The position numbers and the translations under genes were made by a program. A stretch of DNA of 29,909 nucleotides from Candidatus Baldrarchaeum yapensis (GTDB lineage: Archaea; Asgardarchaeota; Baldrarchaeia; Baldrarchaeales; Baldrarchaeaceae): the NCBI GenBank assembly GCA_016840465.1, contig JAEOSH010000021.1:1-29909 (forward strand), read 5' to 3'. Of the stretch, positions 26,817-29,909 are shown one piece after another; position 1 is the stretch's first letter, and every line of letters starts with the position of its first letter. Below the pieces are notes generated by a model. It ran no database searches. It had not been told where the DNA came from and saw only the letters and a list, made by a program, of their open reading frames with translations.

Positions 26817-27548
26817 ATGGGCTTCGAGGTCATTCCGGTTATGGACCTCAAAAACGGGGTTGTTGTGCATGCAAAATACGGAATTAGGGAAAAATACACC
26901 CCCGTGAAGAGCAAAATATCCCCCACGGCAAAACCTCTAGATATCGCCCTCTCCTTCGTGAGAAAATTCGGCTTCAATAAAATCTACATAGCCGATCTGA
27001 ATGCCATTTCCCAGTGCGGCAACAATTTCCACGTCGTCAGAGAAATCATAACCCGTTTGAACGTAAAAGTCATGCTCGATGCCGGTATTTGTGACGTGCA
27101 GTCCTTAAAAGACGCCCTAGATTTGGGAATATGGAAGGCAATCGTGGCAACTGAAACCCTCCCATCCATTGAATTCATAGAGCAAGCCATCGAAGTGGCG
27201 GGAGCAGAGAACATAATCTTTAGTTTGGACATGTTCGAGGGGAAACTACTAACAAAATGTCCACAACTTAAGAACTTATCACCGATTAAAGTTGCGGAAC
27301 TCCTTAGTAACTTCAATACCTACGGAATTATAGTCCTAGAACTGAGCAGAGTTGGCTCCAAGAGAGGAGTGGACGTCGCCCTAGTAAGAAAGATAGTTGA
27401 AGTATTCGAGGGAAGAGTATTCGTAGGAGGGGGAGTTAGAGACATAAACGACCTGAAGCTTCTAAAATCCATAGGCGCAAGCGGGGCCCTCGTTGCTACC
27501 GCTCTACATGACGGAACCTTAAAGCCCTCGGAATTGAAGCAATTGTAA
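26817..27548 (+). CDS. HisA/HisF-related TIM-barrel protein (C1-cofactor-associated type)
   Basis: IPVMDLKNG.VVHA..G.RE.Y.P, YIADLNAI, ATETL, L.RVGS..G, GGGVR...DL..L...G..GALVATALHDG. Confidence 0.85.
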   Translation: MGFEVIPVMDLKNGVVVHAKYGIREKYTPVKSKISPTAKPLDIALSFVRKFGFNKIYIADLNAISQCGNNFHVVREIITRLNVKVMLDAGICDVQSLKDALDLGIWKAIVATETLPSIEFIEQAIEVAGAENIIFSLDMFEGKLLTKCPQLKNLSPIKVAELLSNFNTYGIIVLELSRVGSKRGVDVALVRKIVEVFEGRVFVGGGVRDINDLKLLKSIGASGALVATALHDGTLKPSELKQL

Positions 27549-27549
27549 C

Positions 27550-28515
27550 TTATGAAATGCCCCATATAGCCCTCTTTCCGTTCTCCTTCCTTATAACCTT
27601 CCCATCTTCCTCCAACTCCGAAAGAAACACGCTTGTTGTCAAAACCCCGAGAAACTCCAACGCCCCCGTCCATAATCCTTCAATTCGGATCTTGACATGT
27701 TCGTATACATCCTTCGCTGAACCCTCGCCTATCTCCGAAACGACATCTAATATCGTGCTTTTCCAAATCTTATGCGCCTCCAATGCCTGCTCTATCGCAA
27801 TTTGCGCCTCCATACCCATACGTGGCTCGTCGTGAAGCGATAATAGACACTTGGGCTTCAACTCCATAAATACTTTAAGCGCCCTCTCCCTCATTTTAGA
27901 ATTTCCGGTCTTGTCCATGAAGAACTTAAACGGACTGCTGGGATGACACAGAACCTCATCACCGGATAATAGTAACTCTAAACTCCTCTCGTAGAGAGCC
28001 ATGTGCCCTCTGCAATGCCCTCCGGTGTGATATGTCCTAAATTTATAGTCCCCGACCTCTATGCTCTCAAAATTCTTCAACTCATGGTCTACATCAACTC
28101 CTGAAATCTCCTGGTCGTTAAATATGGGCTCAGTTGCCCTCAATTTCAACCTAGAAGCAAAACCCAGCGAAAAGTTCTCCTTAAAAATCCGCACGGGAGA
28201 TTTTAAAACCTCACCCACGCCCTCATAACAAAAAACCTCAGCACGACTTTTTCTTTTGATCCAAGCAAGTGTCCCTATGTGGTCCGGATGGGGGTGTGTC
28301 ACCACTATATACCGAATCCTTACATCGGTCCCTCCCACCCTCTTTAAAACCTTAAAAACATCTTTCCCCGAATCCAAAAGCGTACCCGCATCTATGAGCG
28401 CGGCTTCCTTGTCTCTCACCACAAGATACACGGAGGAATACCCTATCGAATCCCGGTATTCATACCTGATTCTGAAAATTCCAGGCAACACCTCAAAGAC
28501 TTCCACCAACGCCAA
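27550..28515 (-). CDS. Metallo-beta-lactamase-fold hydrolase with a probable C-terminal winged helix
   Basis: LIDAG, THPHPDHIG, GGHC.GH, SGD. Confidence 0.88.
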   Translation of the reverse strand: MALVEVFEVLPGIFRIRYEYRDSIGYSSVYLVVRDKEAALIDAGTLLDSGKDVFKVLKRVGGTDVRIRYIVVTHPHPDHIGTLAWIKRKSRAEVFCYEGVGEVLKSPVRIFKENFSLGFASRLKLRATEPIFNDQEISGVDVDHELKNFESIEVGDYKFRTYHTGGHCRGHMALYERSLELLLSGDEVLCHPSSPFKFFMDKTGNSKMRERALKVFMELKPKCLLSLHDEPRMGMEAQIAIEQALEAHKIWKSTILDVVSEIGEGSAKDVYEHVKIRIEGLWTGALEFLGVLTTSVFLSELEEDGKVIRKENGKRAIWGIS

Positions 28516-28524
28516 CAGCTCCGG

Positions 28525-29070
28525 TCACGCTTTCTTGAGTTTCTTATCAATTTCATATGCCTCCGCAAGTATTTTAAGTCTCCTGACACCGTCAATCCTC
28601 CTGATGAATTCGGCAACCGCCGGCGGAACAAGATCTTCCCACGGCTCGTCGTTTATTATTCTCCTCCTTATCTCGGTCCCTGAGTACAACTCCGACTTGT
28701 ACAACTGCACGCGCCTAACCTCGTACCCCATATCCTCAAATAGCAACAAGGTATGAGGGTTTCCACCATAAACAATCGAAAATTTCGGGCACAAGGAGAC
28801 CACGTGGGTCACCCAAACAATGTTGTTATGAATGTCGGGAATCGGAATCAACCAGTAGCGCTTATGCTCAATCCCCGCCTCTTCAAGCGCTGCCCTTATC
28901 ATCTCCATTCTTTCGCCACACGTGAAGGGATTGTCGATATCATAATTCGCCTGCGTGCTTCCGATCCCGATTATGACCTCGCTGACCTCCTCCAAGGCCC
29001 TCTTTACAACATAAAGGTGTCCCTTGTGAAAAGGCTGGAATCTACCTATATAAAGGCCTCTCTTCAACAC
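28525..29070 (-). CDS. nadM: Nicotinamide-nucleotide adenylyltransferase
   Basis: GRFQPFHKGH, IGIGS.Q....DNPFT.GER..MI, SGTEIR. Confidence 0.95.
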   Translation of the reverse strand: MLKRGLYIGRFQPFHKGHLYVVKRALEEVSEVIIGIGSTQANYDIDNPFTCGERMEMIRAALEEAGIEHKRYWLIPIPDIHNNIVWVTHVVSLCPKFSIVYGGNPHTLLLFEDMGYEVRRVQLYKSELYSGTEIRRRIINDEPWEDLVPPAVAEFIRRIDGVRRLKILAEAYEIDKKLKKA

Positions 29071-29164
29071 TTCTCACCTAATCCCCAGAGTGCAGCGCCC
29101 CATAAGGGGGACGGTCTAAGACCTAAAAATAACTTCCTGATTCAAAAATACGATGAGACTCTCC

Positions 29165-29210
29165 AAAGAAAAAACCAAAAAATTGAGATAAATAAGTATT
29201 GCCAAAAAAT
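29165..29210 (-). terminator. Putative oligo-T terminator downstream of the right thermosome gene
   Basis: The minus strand reads ...TTTTTTGGC...CAATTTTTGGTTTTTTCTTT just after the stop codon. Confidence 0.4.
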
Positions 29211-29224
29211 GGGCGTTCCAATAA

Positions 29225-29908
29225 TTAGTCGAATGAGGTGCTACTCTTCGACTCAAACTCCTCTTCTTCGAATCCTCCTTCTTTGCCTTTGCCCTTCTCC
29301 TCAGTTGCTGGCTTCGATGCAATTACGTCGTCGATCCTGAGTATCATCTCTGCCACTTCGCTCGCCGACTTGATTGCTTGCTTCTTAACCCTTGCCGGCT
29401 CCAGAACACCTGCTTCTATCATGTTACACACTTTGCCTTCAAACACGTCGACTCCATACCAGAGCCCATCGGTTTGCTCATGCTTGGCTCTAAGCTCGAC
29501 TAGTATGTCAATAGCGTCGAGCCCGGCATTCTCTGCAAGGGTTCTCGGAATCACCTCCAACGCCTCAGCAAACGCCTCAACAGCCAACTGCTCTCTTCCT
29601 CCAAGCTGCTGTGCGTACTGTCTCAATCTCTTTGCTAATTCTATTTCTACCGCACCACCACCTGCTACGTAGCGCGCCTCTTCAAGCACATCACGCACTA
29701 CGCAGAGAGCGTCGTGCATTGCTCTTTCTGCCTCGTCAACTACGTGCTCACTACCTCCGCGTATCAGTATGCTTACGGCTCTCGGGTTCTTACAGCCCTC
29801 GACGAATACCATCTTGTCGTCTGCGACTTTGCGCTCCTCGACGAGTTCTGCGTATCCGAGGGCGTCCTCGCTGAGGTCGTCGAGGCTCGTGACTATTTTT
29901 CCGCCGGT
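29225..29908 (-). CDS. ths: Second thermosome subunit paralog, 5'-truncated
   Basis: Same motifs as the left copy ([42 protein letters not shown]) but a different C-terminal tail. Confidence 0.97.
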   Translation of the reverse strand, partial: TGGKIVTSLDDLSEDALGYAELVEERKVADDKMVFVEGCKNPRAVSILIRGGSEHVVDEAERAMHDALCVVRDVLEEARYVAGGGAVEIELAKRLRQYAQQLGGREQLAVEAFAEALEVIPRTLAENAGLDAIDILVELRAKHEQTDGLWYGVDVFEGKVCNMIEAGVLEPARVKKQAIKSASEVAEMILRIDDVIASKPATEEKGKGKEGGFEEEEFESKSSTSFD

Positions 29909-29909
29909 T
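29766..29909 (-). repeat. 144-bp perfect inverted repeat, right copy
   Basis: Exact reverse complement of bases 1-144. Confidence 0.95.

Noticed and set aside
665-29224. tRNA, rRNA, SRP or RNase P genes, CRISPR arrays or tandem repeats in intergenic gaps
   Set aside because: I saw no cloverleaf or T-loop motifs, long GC-rich structured segments or regularly spaced repeats on reading the gaps; a covariance-model search was not run.
1-29909. Terminal inverted repeats as ends of a transposon, a linear virus or a Borg-like element
   Set aside because: The repeats lie inside the reading frames of chaperonin genes, the cargo is core housekeeping, and no transposase, integrase, capsid or protein-primed polymerase gene is present.

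Overview
Archaeal chromosomal segment of about 30 kb, probably a whole contig, and densely coding. It is most likely from a thermophilic Asgard archaeon. This is an inference from a gelsolin-domain protein, a Roadblock/LC7 protein, an E2F/DP-like protein, a long eukaryote-type Trm112 and a three-domain Clp1 sitting among archaeal housekeeping genes (tbp, rpo6, alba, kae1, nadM, thermosome). Both ends are truncated thermosome genes pointing inward, and their first and last 144 bp are exact reverse complements. The window also holds t6A genes (tsaC, kae1), a class II HMG-CoA reductase, a large glycosylated surface protein, an FrhB-family oxidoreductase, methanofuran biosynthesis genes (mfnD, mfnF, mfnE, mfnB and a hisA-like gene) and an nfeD without an adjacent stomatin gene. 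I found no tRNA, rRNA, CRISPR array or mobile element. The best lead is a protein with apparently complete E2F/DP architecture (RRIYD winged helix, coiled coil, marked-box-like beta region) encoded two genes downstream of tbp. All family assignments are from motif recognition by eye; no searches were run.
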